Below are positions 1 through 9,433 of a stretch of 43,512 nt of DNA, piece by piece. Position 1 is the stretch's first letter. Each line of letters opens with the position of its first letter. The stretch is from a virus (taxonomy: Duplodnaviria; Heunggongvirae; Uroviricota; Caudoviricetes). A model generated the notes under the pieces. The model was given only the letters and a program-made list of their open reading frames with translations. It made no database searches and was not told where the DNA came from. Position numbers and translations under genes: made by a program. The stretch is from IMG/VR virus record IMGVR_UViG_2690315815_000009, one strand, 5' to 3'.

Positions 1-324
1 TTACTCCAGAGACAGCCGAACCGAAAAACCGTTTTCAGCGAGCGTCAGACTCAGTGTGTTGATAGTCCAGTCCCGGTCCTCCTCGGTCCCGAAACCTTGA
101 GTTGTGACTTTGCATTCTGCTGTCAGCGACACTAAATCGAGCGTCGCTGGCGTCGTGTACGTCATAGAGAACTCTTTTTTAGCTGCACCGCCCTTGAGCC
201 CTGGTGCAGCTTCTTTCGCTGCGTCGAGCGACGGCTCAACTGCCGGCCATTCAATGACAGGATCGCCGCCACTACCTTGTCCGCAATTCTTTGATCTGCC
301 CAGTTGCTGTGTCGTGATATTTAA
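1..324 (-). pseudogene. C-terminal segment of P2-type tail protein gpD (late control gene D family), in a different frame from the N-terminal part
   Basis: Minus-strand frame ending in TAA at 1-3 is open up to 324 and translates to ...EFSMTYTTPATLDLVSLTAECKVTTQGFGTEEDRDWTINTLSLTLAENGFSVRLSLE, resembling the gpD C-terminus as I recall it (QGF...DWTI...GF). It overlaps the 272..1045 ORF, which stops at 272-274 in another frame. Confidence 0.45.
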
Positions 325-1045
325 TCAGATACGTCGGTTCCGGATTTTCGCCACCGCTACCACTATCGCCACTTTGTCCATTTCTCGAATAGCCCCAGCT
401 GGAGTTATCACGACGAGTTAGCGTGTAGTGCTGGAGCGGAGCACCGCTAACAGATTCGCCCGCGCCGCGCGGCAGGAATATCCAGTACCCGCCCGCGGGT
501 TTACTCACCGCATCGAATCTCGTTGCGAGCCGCGACATCAGGTGCATATCTGACTCGCCGACCTGATCGAGTTGCGTGATAACATTGTCTGCAAACCGCT
601 TTGATACGCGTGGTTTTAGCCCATTATCGCTCGCTATTGTCGCAACGATATCGCTGACAGTGACGTCGCTCCAGGAACGAGTCTTTTTGCTCTGAACTGT
701 CGGAGATCCTTTTGCTGCGTTCATCGGAGCCGCTTTTGCTGTGAAATCAACTACCCGGGGTTCACCGCCACTGCTAGCACCGTCAACGATGTATATCCCT
801 TTATCAATTATCTGATTACCGAAACCGAGCCCAATACTGATTTTTACTCCGCGGGCCGGAATTTTCAGAGTTTCAGAAACTATTGCTACGCGGAGTTCGT
901 CTGTCTGTTTACTGGAGCCGCCGTAATCTGTCAGCGTGATATTGATCAAACCTTTTCTTATTTTATCCGTGATGTTTTTATTATCAGCAGATATATAAAA
1001 ATTAGGTTTCCACGCCTCCATGCCAGTATTTACGTAATCACTCAT
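272..1045 (-). CDS. Tail protein gpD (phage late control gene D family), N-terminal about 257 aa; reading frame breaks near 274-324
   Basis: 257-aa ORF whose sequence pattern (ITLTDYGG..DEL.., ..ESDMHLMSRLATR..) resembles the P2 gpD family; last gene of a P2-type tail operon after U and X. Confidence 0.75.
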   Translation of the reverse strand: MSDYVNTGMEAWKPNFYISADNKNITDKIRKGLINITLTDYGGSSKQTDELRVAIVSETLKIPARGVKISIGLGFGNQIIDKGIYIVDGASSGGEPRVVDFTAKAAPMNAAKGSPTVQSKKTRSWSDVTVSDIVATIASDNGLKPRVSKRFADNVITQLDQVGESDMHLMSRLATRFDAVSKPAGGYWIFLPRGAGESVSGAPLQHYTLTRRDNSSWGYSRNGQSGDSGSGGENPEPTYLIKYHDTATGQIKELRTR

Positions 1046-1048
1046 TCA

Positions 1049-1273
1049 TCAATCCCATAATTGCGTTTCTTTTTTAACCGGCTCTGGTTCGATATCTGGT
1101 AAAACAATTTTTTCTCCAGCACGAAACACGGCACACATATCCGTTACGCCGTAATTCGAAACCTGATATAAAACAGTCTCTGTCGTTTTTGACGCTCTCC
1201 CGTAGACCGCAAGGCAGATCTGATCGAGACGGTCACCGTCCCGTGTAGTGTATGTAATCATTTGGGGCCCCAT
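1049..1273 (-). CDS. Tail protein X (P2 gpX-like, LysM-type)
   Basis: 74 aa; resembles P2 gpX (LDQICLAVYGR...TVLYQVSNYG...IVLPDI); sits between U and D as in R-pyocin/phiCTX-type tail clusters. Confidence 0.75.
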   Translation of the reverse strand: MGPQMITYTTRDGDRLDQICLAVYGRASKTTETVLYQVSNYGVTDMCAVFRAGEKIVLPDIEPEPVKKETQLWD

Positions 1274-1434
1274 TAATTAAAAGGATTTCATAATGAGAAT
1301 TAATTTTAGTAGTCGGAGAGGTATTAGTATTTCGGCGTCAAAAAAAATACCATCAGGTTGTTTTACATTTATGTTCGTAGTTTTTTTTATTATTTTTATA
1401 CTTGTTAAGTGCTCTGGTAGCGCTTGATTTTGTA

Positions 1435-1863
1435 TTAATCTAGCGAAGCTCCATAATATTCGAGCGTGAGTGAAAAGTCCTGCGATTTAGGTGTTCCGCC
1501 CATCAAAAAGCTGTTTTGCGTTTCAGTTAGTTCTCGCAGCACCCAGTACCCTTTCACCTCCCCGGTCCCCAGCACTAGCTGCTGGGGTTCTCCCGTGTTC
1601 CCGAGCGCTCGCAAATCTGTCAACAGGCCGACGCCGCACCCGTCAAGAAATAAAGCGTTTATCTTTCCATCGATAGTAATTGTGGGGTTCGGTCGTCCGG
1701 TTATCTGCAACGCGTCGTTTTTCCCGAATCGTGTTTGCTGAGCCCAGCGCCAGGCGTCACTACGTTGCAGTTTGTTGTACGCTACTGTTGATATAGCAAA
1801 AATGAAATCACCCAGGCCGAGCATGATATCCTCAGCACCGTTTATTGCATCACTCATTGTCAC
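1435..1863 (-). CDS. Tail protein gpU (P2 U-like)
   Basis: 142 aa immediately downstream of the tape measure gene with a 4-nt overlap; size and position match gpU. Confidence 0.65.
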   Translation of the reverse strand: MTMSDAINGAEDIMLGLGDFIFAISTVAYNKLQRSDAWRWAQQTRFGKNDALQITGRPNPTITIDGKINALFLDGCGVGLLTDLRALGNTGEPQQLVLGTGEVKGYWVLRELTETQNSFLMGGTPKSQDFSLTLEYYGASLD

Positions 1864-3500
1864 CCCGCCGCAGCTGGTTTATCAAACATCGCGCCACGAT
1901 TGTACGAACTCGCAGCCTGTCTCAGTCCATCGAGCACCCCCGACGCTGCAGATTGTTGTATTGACTGCGGATCTGTCGCACCGACAATATTGATTTCGAT
2001 TTTATTGTTTTGCTCCGGCGCAGGTGTCGAGACTGCCTGCTTCAACGTATCAATATTTAACGTCGACGAATCCAGTGCTGCAGGCGCGGTATTTTTATTT
2101 ACCATCCCGGATAATGGATTAACAAACGCGAGCATTGATTCTGCCTGAGATTTTGCCTGTTCTTGCCGTTCTGGATGCCGCATATTTTCGACAGCCTCTT
2201 CGGCTTTTGCCTTCGCAATATTATCAGCAGTCAATCCAGCGTTCGGTGAATATTTACCTCCCGAATCCATAAACTCTTGATATGCCCGATTATATTCGTC
2301 ATTATAAGTTTTCTGTTCTTCATCTGATTTTTCATCCGGAATAAGCCACTCCAGTTTCTTTACGACAGCCCATATAATCTTCCCGAATTTGACGCAACCT
2401 TCTCCAAAATTGACGATGCCATCCCACATTTTTTTCATATTTTCTGGTTTTACCCACTCAGTAATTGTGCTGACAAAACCACCCTGATTATCCTTAAACC
2501 AGGATGTAAATGTTTCACGTACTGAGTCAAACGTCGGCGCGAGTTCCCCCCCGATTTTACCGAGTGTATCTGCAAGTCCCGACGTAATAGAGCCCCACAG
2601 ATTTGTCACTGATACATGCGCACGCGCCGCCCCTTCCGCACCCTCTTTTGTTAACAAATTCGACTTTTGCGCGTCAGACATTGTCTGTTCCCAGCTTTTA
2701 CCCGTCGCCTTCATATACGTCATGATCTTATTAGCCTCGCCCCCCATGAGCTGGTCAGCGAGGCTCGCCGCTTGCTTCTCATCTTTCATTTCAGAGATGC
2801 GACGCATAACCTCATTAAACTGTTTTTCCCGATCCCAGCCAGCCATTCGTTTTTTCGTCAGGCCAATTTGAAATAACATGGGATTCAGGCTTTTTTCGTT
2901 TCCGATTTCGCCGATTTTATTTGTAAGTTCTTCAGACAAATCCCCGATATTTTCGCCGTTCAGGCCCGCGGCTTTACCAATATTTTCCCACGCAGCGTAT
3001 TTTTCGACGCCAACGCCGTAGGACTTCGCCAGACCGAGTTTTTCTGACGTCTCTGCATTCATTGCCAGCGCACCAGCTGCAGCACCGCCAATGAGCCCTG
3101 CCGCGCCAAGTGTCCCCCATTTGATACCCCGCCCCGTAGCCCTCACCGCACCTGCGGCGGCTCGTCCGCCCCATTTTGCAGCTCCTTTTGCGCGACCCGT
3201 CCACTTCTCCAGCCGCTGTTTTTTAGCAAGTTGAGTATTCAGCGCCTCCTGGTCCTGCGTTGTCGCTTTTATTCGACGGTCCAGCTTTTGATACTGAGCA
3301 GATAAATCAGAAACGTCTTTACCTGCCAGTTTCATTGCTGCGATTTTGTCTTTTAATTTATCCTGACTTTTCGTTAATTTCCCGACAGTAGACGACGTCT
3401 GCCGAATCGCATCATTGAGTTCTGTTGTACCGCGACGAAACGACGGGTCTATTCGCCCACCGAATACAACCTGCGTTTTAAAGTTTTGAGAAATAGCCAT
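1860..3500 (-). CDS. Tail tape measure protein
   Basis: 546 aa, Ala/Gly/Lys-rich with coiled-coil character and a Gly/Ala-rich membrane-like stretch; lies between the tail chaperone E gene and U. Confidence 0.75.
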   Translation of the reverse strand: MAISQNFKTQVVFGGRIDPSFRRGTTELNDAIRQTSSTVGKLTKSQDKLKDKIAAMKLAGKDVSDLSAQYQKLDRRIKATTQDQEALNTQLAKKQRLEKWTGRAKGAAKWGGRAAAGAVRATGRGIKWGTLGAAGLIGGAAAGALAMNAETSEKLGLAKSYGVGVEKYAAWENIGKAAGLNGENIGDLSEELTNKIGEIGNEKSLNPMLFQIGLTKKRMAGWDREKQFNEVMRRISEMKDEKQAASLADQLMGGEANKIMTYMKATGKSWEQTMSDAQKSNLLTKEGAEGAARAHVSVTNLWGSITSGLADTLGKIGGELAPTFDSVRETFTSWFKDNQGGFVSTITEWVKPENMKKMWDGIVNFGEGCVKFGKIIWAVVKKLEWLIPDEKSDEEQKTYNDEYNRAYQEFMDSGGKYSPNAGLTADNIAKAKAEEAVENMRHPERQEQAKSQAESMLAFVNPLSGMVNKNTAPAALDSSTLNIDTLKQAVSTPAPEQNNKIEINIVGATDPQSIQQSAASGVLDGLRQAASSYNRGAMFDKPAAAG

Positions 3501-3608
3501 CGATTTTCATGACCTCGTTTACATAGAAATTAAAAACCCGGTACGGCAGGTCCATTTGCGTATCGGGCGGGATGGCAAGTTTTTTCGCAATAAACGGAAT
3601 CAGAATAA

Positions 3609-3890
3609 CTATATCTGATGTCGGTCTTTCGGAGGCTTTACCAGTTCGTTAAATGCGGCCTCCATTTGATCGTAATCGCACGCAGGCAGTGCATATAAAT
3701 CCTCACGCTCCAGATTTGCCAGGCGCGCCAGCATTGTCGCTGTCCGCTCTTCAAGACCACTTTTATCGTTACTGAACATAATGCGGTCGCGTAATTTTGG
3801 TTCGCGAATAGTAATTGTATCGCGGCTCTCCCCCTTAATAATAAACGGGCGAGAGAGCGTAATAGTCATACTGTCTAATAATGATTCCAT
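3609..3890 (-). CDS. Tail assembly chaperone gpE (P2 E-like); possible E+E' frameshift product
   Basis: 93 aa between tail tube and tape measure genes; the -1 frame is open across the 108-nt gap to the tape measure start. Confidence 0.7.
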   Translation of the reverse strand: MESLLDSMTITLSRPFIIKGESRDTITIREPKLRDRIMFSNDKSGLEERTATMLARLANLEREDLYALPACDYDQMEAAFNELVKPPKDRHQI

Positions 3891-3902
3891 TTTATTTGCC
3901 TT

Positions 3903-4415
3903 TTAATATACATGGAGAATACGAGCAACGCCCGCAAGAACGTCAACACCATTAATTACTCGTTTCATTTTTGCAGGATGAATCTCGTAAATAATTTTTC
4001 CATTTTGAACTCGTTTATAATAGCTCGGCGCAATCGTTACTGATTGCCCAACTGCTGATTTTGAATCAGTCCCCTGCGCGTCATCAGTAATCGCCGTAAT
4101 AAGCCCCTCATATGTATCAATACGTTCAAAATTGACACCGTAATTGTCAGTATATGCACTTCGAATTTCGAACCTTGTTTTAGCACCTGGTATTAATCCC
4201 AAATACCCCATCACACCAGAATCGGAGCCAGAGACTTTAAAACTGGCTGACATTTTCTCCATTCCCCCGTCCAGAGTGATAGCTGTATCCATAGCGCCCG
4301 TCTTAAAATCATCTTCGATTATTTTCATATCGACGGGAGTGTATTCAGTGCAATTTAAAACTCGTTCTCCCTGGACGAACAACGCAAATGCACGATAGGT
4401 GTTACTATCTGCCAT
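3903..4415 (-). CDS. Tail tube protein (P2 FII-like)
   Basis: 170 aa directly downstream of the sheath gene; size and order match FII. Confidence 0.75.
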   Translation of the reverse strand: MADSNTYRAFALFVQGERVLNCTEYTPVDMKIIEDDFKTGAMDTAITLDGGMEKMSASFKVSGSDSGVMGYLGLIPGAKTRFEIRSAYTDNYGVNFERIDTYEGLITAITDDAQGTDSKSAVGQSVTIAPSYYKRVQNGKIIYEIHPAKMKRVINGVDVLAGVARILHVY

Positions 4416-4432
4416 ATCAATTCTCCAGATTA

Positions 4433-5935
4433 TTAGACTGTTTCTTTAAAAAGAGAGGCCAGAGCTTCAACTGTGTAATCATTATTAATGCGGTACATTA
4501 ACGTAATTGTTTGTGCCGGGGATTTCGGTCCAAAGTCAACATTAATATAAAGATTACCAGCGGCCAGACTTTCTTTTGTATTTAACTCTTCATCTAACCA
4601 CGCCCGTCCTCCGTTAATCGCGCCCTGCTCCTCTAATTTATGCAGATACGCGTTTATCGACTCTACAACGTCTGTTCCGAGGTGCAGGTCTATCGGGCGA
4701 TCAATAAAATCGGTCATCATTGCCCGGGCTATTGAATCCTCAATTACGTCAGCTGTCCGACGAACGCATTCAAAGGACCATTGGGGACTGAGGCTACACA
4801 GATAGTTACCCCAGTGTCTGAATCCATCATAGCGAATAATTGTGCTGACCTGGCTGGCGTTCAGCAGATTTGCTGTGCAGTTCGTTTCACCGATTATAAA
4901 ATCATCGACTTGTTCGAGTCCTGTAATTCCGTAGATATTTTGATTCGATTTGCTCCACCAAAACCCTTTTTCGTTATCAATTCTGGCTCGTAAACCAGCA
5001 GCGATAGCTGAATACGGACGAGATAAACCACTAACATCACTCGTAGAATAAACACGAGGGCGCAGAATTTCCATTCTGCCGCCGTACCTCTGACGACGAT
5101 TTACAACGTCAGCAGGCGTAGCGCCTCGCGGTGAATCGATATATCCAACGCCTCGTAATTTATTTGTCACCACTTCAAGTTGTTCTGCAATATAATCGTT
5201 AGCACTATAATCTGGAGCGATTAAAATTCTCGGCGTTACTTGATTTATTTGCGCAGACGTCAACAATGCGTTAATCCCGTTAACGACGTTCTGCCGCATT
5301 TTTGTTTCGTCGCTGTCCTCTTCGACGCGGACAACAACAATAATGGCATCCTCCTGATTTAGTATTTCAGATACAGCGGGAGGAAGGGTTCCAGACCCAC
5401 CGAGCAATCCAGCTTTTTTTTGACTGCCTGCAATTAACGTCGGAACATTATATTTGAACGATTCGTCTTTACCACCGGATAAATTTGTTGGGGGGAGCGC
5501 GAATACAGTCCCCGTTCCTGCGTGATCACCACCGAATGTGACGTTAATATATTCTCCAATCTGGAGTCCTTCTTTATACTGCTGGTTCTGATCGTACATT
5601 TTTGACGGGGTCATGGCACCGTCCGTGATCATTGTTAATTTTCTCGAACCGTCGGGCAGTGTGCTGTATCCTGGAGTTGCTACATTCCCGTTAATTCCCA
5701 AATCAACAATTTCAACAATCCAGTTGTTTCCGTCGGCCCCTGGCATGACAGTCGAAAACTCAACAAGATTGTCTGCGAGCTCTGATCCCCATAATAGTGA
5801 TGCACAAGTTGGGTAGCTGGAATCGGGAGCAGTACCAACAATCCCAATCACGGAAATATCTACTGTGTTGATCTCTTTTGTGCCGTCGTCGTATTCGAGC
5901 GTGCGAATACCGTGTAAAAAATTAGTTACGCTCAT
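4433..5935 (-). CDS. Contractile tail sheath protein (P2 FI / Mu L-like)
   Basis: 500-aa ORF followed by tube, chaperone and tape measure genes; canonical myovirus tail order. Confidence 0.8.
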   Translation of the reverse strand: MSVTNFLHGIRTLEYDDGTKEINTVDISVIGIVGTAPDSSYPTCASLLWGSELADNLVEFSTVMPGADGNNWIVEIVDLGINGNVATPGYSTLPDGSRKLTMITDGAMTPSKMYDQNQQYKEGLQIGEYINVTFGGDHAGTGTVFALPPTNLSGGKDESFKYNVPTLIAGSQKKAGLLGGSGTLPPAVSEILNQEDAIIVVVRVEEDSDETKMRQNVVNGINALLTSAQINQVTPRILIAPDYSANDYIAEQLEVVTNKLRGVGYIDSPRGATPADVVNRRQRYGGRMEILRPRVYSTSDVSGLSRPYSAIAAGLRARIDNEKGFWWSKSNQNIYGITGLEQVDDFIIGETNCTANLLNASQVSTIIRYDGFRHWGNYLCSLSPQWSFECVRRTADVIEDSIARAMMTDFIDRPIDLHLGTDVVESINAYLHKLEEQGAINGGRAWLDEELNTKESLAAGNLYINVDFGPKSPAQTITLMYRINNDYTVEALASLFKETV

Positions 5936-6321
5936 TTTATTCCTTCTCTATTTTCACCAATTCGCGTCGCTATTGCTTCTTTAAGCTCGGCCAAATTTTC
6001 GATTTGCGCGTCAGATGCGGTTCCGGCATCTACTGCACACTGAATTGAGAATGCCTCAATTGACAGATCGCCAACAGTCCGTAATGTAGTCTGGAGTTTT
6101 TGCGTCTGCTCTTTTTTTACAAATTTAGAAATGCTCCCATAATCCCCGCTCAGCGCTCTTTCATATAAAACCCTACCGTGTTCCTCGCAATCATTTTTCA
6201 TTGCGGTGAATGGAATGTCGTTTCCAATCCCGTCAATATCGCAAATAATATTTATAGATAACCCATGCTCGTCATTAAAAACAGGGTTTGTTATTTTTCT
6301 AAATGAATCAACGCTTATCAT
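5932..6321 (-). CDS. Putative tail fibre assembly or accessory protein
   Basis: 129 aa, start overlapping the stop of the fibre gene; positional inference only. Confidence 0.35.
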   Translation of the reverse strand: MISVDSFRKITNPVFNDEHGLSINIICDIDGIGNDIPFTAMKNDCEEHGRVLYERALSGDYGSISKFVKKEQTQKLQTTLRTVGDLSIEAFSIQCAVDAGTASDAQIENLAELKEAIATRIGENREGIK

Positions 6322-7505
6322 TACGCAATCCTAATAGCTAAAAAACAGGCAGTCCCAATATCACCGACTCCACCGGGTGAATACGCCATGGCTCGCCATG
6401 AGCCAATAAGTGGTGTGTCATAAAATGGTTTTGTGGCAATATCCGTGTTATATGAACCGGTATTATTTATACTAGCGTAATATAAATCCCCTCCAGCCCA
6501 TATGGAGCCCGGGAGTATTTGTGGTGCATGATTAATAGCGACAAGCGCATAAGTACCAACCGCGCCAACAACACCTATTTCCGGTGATGGGTCCGGTGAA
6601 AGACTTATATCTATGTTGCCATTTTCATCCGGCGACTCCCCGTTAATCGTTTTAACCGGTTTAAGATTAGCCTCATTCCAGTATTTATACGTCTGCCCGC
6701 CGCACAGTAACACCAGGCCATCATAGTGAACTCCGCGTAATCTATAAAAAACCTTCTGATTGTTTTCTCCACGGGTCGAAAAATCTAAATAATCGCCCGA
6801 CACATCTGATAAACCAGCAAATGAAAACAACGTCAAATCAGTGCCCGGTTTGTTTATATTTATTTGTTTTTTAGAGGATAAAACGTCTTCAAAAATCACA
6901 TCATCTTTAAAAGTATTTGGATGAGTAAATGCATTACCCTTATCTCTATATGCAACGTCCCCATCTATACCAATATTTTTCCGCGCAGCCTGCTGAGCAG
7001 TTTCACCATTTGCGGGAATTTCAGATAAGTTTTTACTTATCTGCAAATATTTTTTGTCAGCTTCCTCGGGAGTTACGTAGTTGTCATATACTACAACATT
7101 AACCGTAGATGTGCTGGACACCGCGAGTGTGTATTTATACGTGATTGAAATCAGCGCACCGTTGCTGTCCGTAGGTTTTAAAATGTCCGGCGAGCGCGCC
7201 ACAGAGTACAGCTCGCCTTTATCTGTTAATATCCCCACCTCACGGATAGTATAGCCCCCAGTGTCTGGCGGTACGTAAAGTGTAAAGATAACCTGGTTAC
7301 CGCTATTTTCTGCGGATTTAATATCCCCACGATACGTCTCGTGAATTAATGCAGTTCGTGCCGGGTCCGGTGTTACGTCGTCGTTTCCGTTTGCGTCGCC
7401 AATAACGAATTTATTCAGCACCACGGGTACACCCGATGCCAGCGCAGCGGCTTCAAGTTGTGCGCCACGGTCTGTCAGTACTGCGTAAATTTTATTTTCA
7501 GCCAT
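6321..7505 (-). CDS. Tail fibre protein (P2 gpH-like)
   Basis: 394 aa downstream of gpI; Gly/Ser/Thr/Asn-rich C-terminal half typical of receptor-binding fibres. Confidence 0.6.
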   Translation of the reverse strand: MAENKIYAVLTDRGAQLEAAALASGVPVVLNKFVIGDANGNDDVTPDPARTALIHETYRGDIKSAENSGNQVIFTLYVPPDTGGYTIREVGILTDKGELYSVARSPDILKPTDSNGALISITYKYTLAVSSTSTVNVVVYDNYVTPEEADKKYLQISKNLSEIPANGETAQQAARKNIGIDGDVAYRDKGNAFTHPNTFKDDVIFEDVLSSKKQININKPGTDLTLFSFAGLSDVSGDYLDFSTRGENNQKVFYRLRGVHYDGLVLLCGGQTYKYWNEANLKPVKTINGESPDENGNIDISLSPDPSPEIGVVGAVGTYALVAINHAPQILPGSIWAGGDLYYASINNTGSYNTDIATKPFYDTPLIGSWRAMAYSPGGVGDIGTACFLAIRIA

Positions 7506-8124
7506 TTGGCCCTATCTCCACATTTAAACTAACAATTGGTGAGCCCGATATATATAGCCCGCCGTTAATTTTTACACCGCCGTCGCCGTCTGCTGGGACG
7601 TTTACGCCTATTTTCGCGTAAGGTGTACCGGCTATAAAAAACTCACCATCGACACCCGTTTCGAAATTTATTTCTTTTAATAAGGAACGACAATTTTTTG
7701 CATCAAATATTTGTGCAATAAATGTATTCAATAGTTCTAAATCTAACCCCATGCTTTTTAGCAGATATATTTTAATTGCGAATGTATACGGGTCGTCCCT
7801 GGGCGTGGCTTCAAACCACTCTCTCATTTTGCTCTCAAAGCCAACAGTTAATAACGCTCGTTCAACAGCTCCACGCGTTCCGCGGTGCTTATTCTGCCAC
7901 GCAGCTGCTTTAATAATTTCGCGTTTTTGCTGCTCACTCCAGTCGGGGTTCCAGTAGGTGACCGCGTACTCCCACGCCAGCCACGGCAACAGATTTGCAG
8001 GGCACAAATCGGGATTTTTAATAATTCGAATATCGCCAGGCAGATCGCCGACGTGAGATAAAACAACCTCAAGCGCCCTCTCAGGGGTTATTGCGTTCGG
8101 AGGCAGTACGCTTTGACTTGTCAT
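7498..8124 (-). CDS. Tail protein gpI (baseplate wedge, P2 I-like)
   Basis: 208 aa between baseplate J and the fibre gene; conserved order J-I-H. Confidence 0.7.
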   Translation of the reverse strand: MTSQSVLPPNAITPERALEVVLSHVGDLPGDIRIIKNPDLCPANLLPWLAWEYAVTYWNPDWSEQQKREIIKAAAWQNKHRGTRGAVERALLTVGFESKMREWFEATPRDDPYTFAIKIYLLKSMGLDLELLNTFIAQIFDAKNCRSLLKEINFETGVDGEFFIAGTPYAKIGVNVPADGDGGVKINGGLYISGSPIVSLNVEIGPNG

Positions 8125-8126
8125 GG

Positions 8127-9047
8127 CTACCCCATTTGCACGCTGAGTTTGATTTCTGTGCAGTACGGAGCCTGCCCGACGCCAGCGATCACATCCTCTG
8201 TTGGCGATATCAGAATCACACGTTCAGTGCCGTCACGATGTATCGCGTCGTAAATTCCTGACAGAGCTGCCGTCGCTCCGATTTTATGTTGCGTATCCAC
8301 ATATATCGCCAAATCGCTCTGAGCACCGTTAAGCAAAACGTTCTGGTCGGGTCCGAGCCCGGCTACGATAACGGCCTCAACCCGGTAATTCAGGTTCGAC
8401 GCAGGTTTTACAGTCACGAAATCAGTCAGCGGTCGAGTATCGTCAGGAGACAGGGCCGCATTCACTGTATTCAGTAGTGATTGAGGCGGAGTGCCGTCGC
8501 CGGTTCGCGACAAGACATACATATCGACGTATCCAGGCTGGGTCACCGGCGGGCCGTACGCCTGAGCTGACAGAACGTCGGGATCACTCGACAGCGCGAA
8601 ATAGTTATAGGCGTTCGTACTGCCGGCAGTATTCCGCGCATACCATGATAGCTGTATTCGGTGTCGATACTCGTCGTCACTCTCGTAAACAGCCTCAGTC
8701 GGGGGAATTACATCGGGATTAGCTGGCGTTATCAACAGCCGCAGGCAGTCAAAATTAGCGCCAATCTGGTCGAGGTCACTCCCCTTTGCAAACGCGAGCA
8801 ATACAGCGAGCATCCCCTGATTTACCCGAGCTGTAATAATGATTTCTCTGTATGCAACTATTTCCAGCAGTTTAACGGCCGGGTCTGACTCCAGGAGTGC
8901 GTTAAATTGTGGATATAATATCTGCAGCTCTGACAGTAGATTAGATTTAACATCTGAAAATAACGGGGTTTTAACGAATGCTGGCGGCGGCAGCAGACTC
9001 ATATCAATAGTTTTCACTATCGAATTCTGAACTGTTGATGTTATCAA
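8127..9047 (-). CDS. Baseplate assembly protein gpJ
   Basis: 306 aa following gpW with a 4-nt overlap; size and order as in P2 J. Confidence 0.8.
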   Translation of the reverse strand: MITSTVQNSIVKTIDMSLLPPPAFVKTPLFSDVKSNLLSELQILYPQFNALLESDPAVKLLEIVAYREIIITARVNQGMLAVLLAFAKGSDLDQIGANFDCLRLLITPANPDVIPPTEAVYESDDEYRHRIQLSWYARNTAGSTNAYNYFALSSDPDVLSAQAYGPPVTQPGYVDMYVLSRTGDGTPPQSLLNTVNAALSPDDTRPLTDFVTVKPASNLNYRVEAVIVAGLGPDQNVLLNGAQSDLAIYVDTQHKIGATAALSGIYDAIHRDGTERVILISPTEDVIAGVGQAPYCTEIKLSVQMG

Positions 9048-9433
9048 AATATCAGCTCCATATTATTAAACTCTAATCGCTGTTGTGTTTCGATATCTGT
9101 TGCGATAATTAATATTGTTATTTTCCCGATATCCACTGCTAACACATTTATTCTGTCAATTCTGACGCGTGGTTCCCATCGTGCTATTGCGCCAGCGCTT
9201 TCCATGATTATTCGCATAGCAAGCGACGGATCTGTGGGATTATCAACAAGATCAAATAATTTGCTGCCATATTCCGGCAGCATTACACGCGTCCCCAGCG
9301 GGGTCGTTAAAATATCAACGATAGACTGACGAATGTGATCAGTCCCCGATAAAAGTTTACCGGTGTTACGGTCCATTCCAAGCATCTTTACGCCATTGGT
9401 TGGTTCGGTTGTTGAGTTTCCCCGTCCGGACAT
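9044..9433 (-). CDS. Baseplate protein gpW (GPW/gp25 family)
   Basis: 129 aa; pattern LGMDRNTGK...HIRQSIVDILTTPLGTRVM...YGS resembles P2 gpW / T4 gp25-like proteins. Confidence 0.8.
   Translation of the reverse strand: MSGRGNSTTEPTNGVKMLGMDRNTGKLLSGTDHIRQSIVDILTTPLGTRVMLPEYGSKLFDLVDNPTDPSLAMRIIMESAGAIARWEPRVRIDRINVLAVDIGKITILIIATDIETQQRLEFNNMELIF

Noticed and set aside
272-330. Programmed frameshift in gene D
   Set aside because: No programmed frameshift is known for gpD and there is no slippery heptamer or downstream structure; a mutation or sequencing indel is the simpler explanation.
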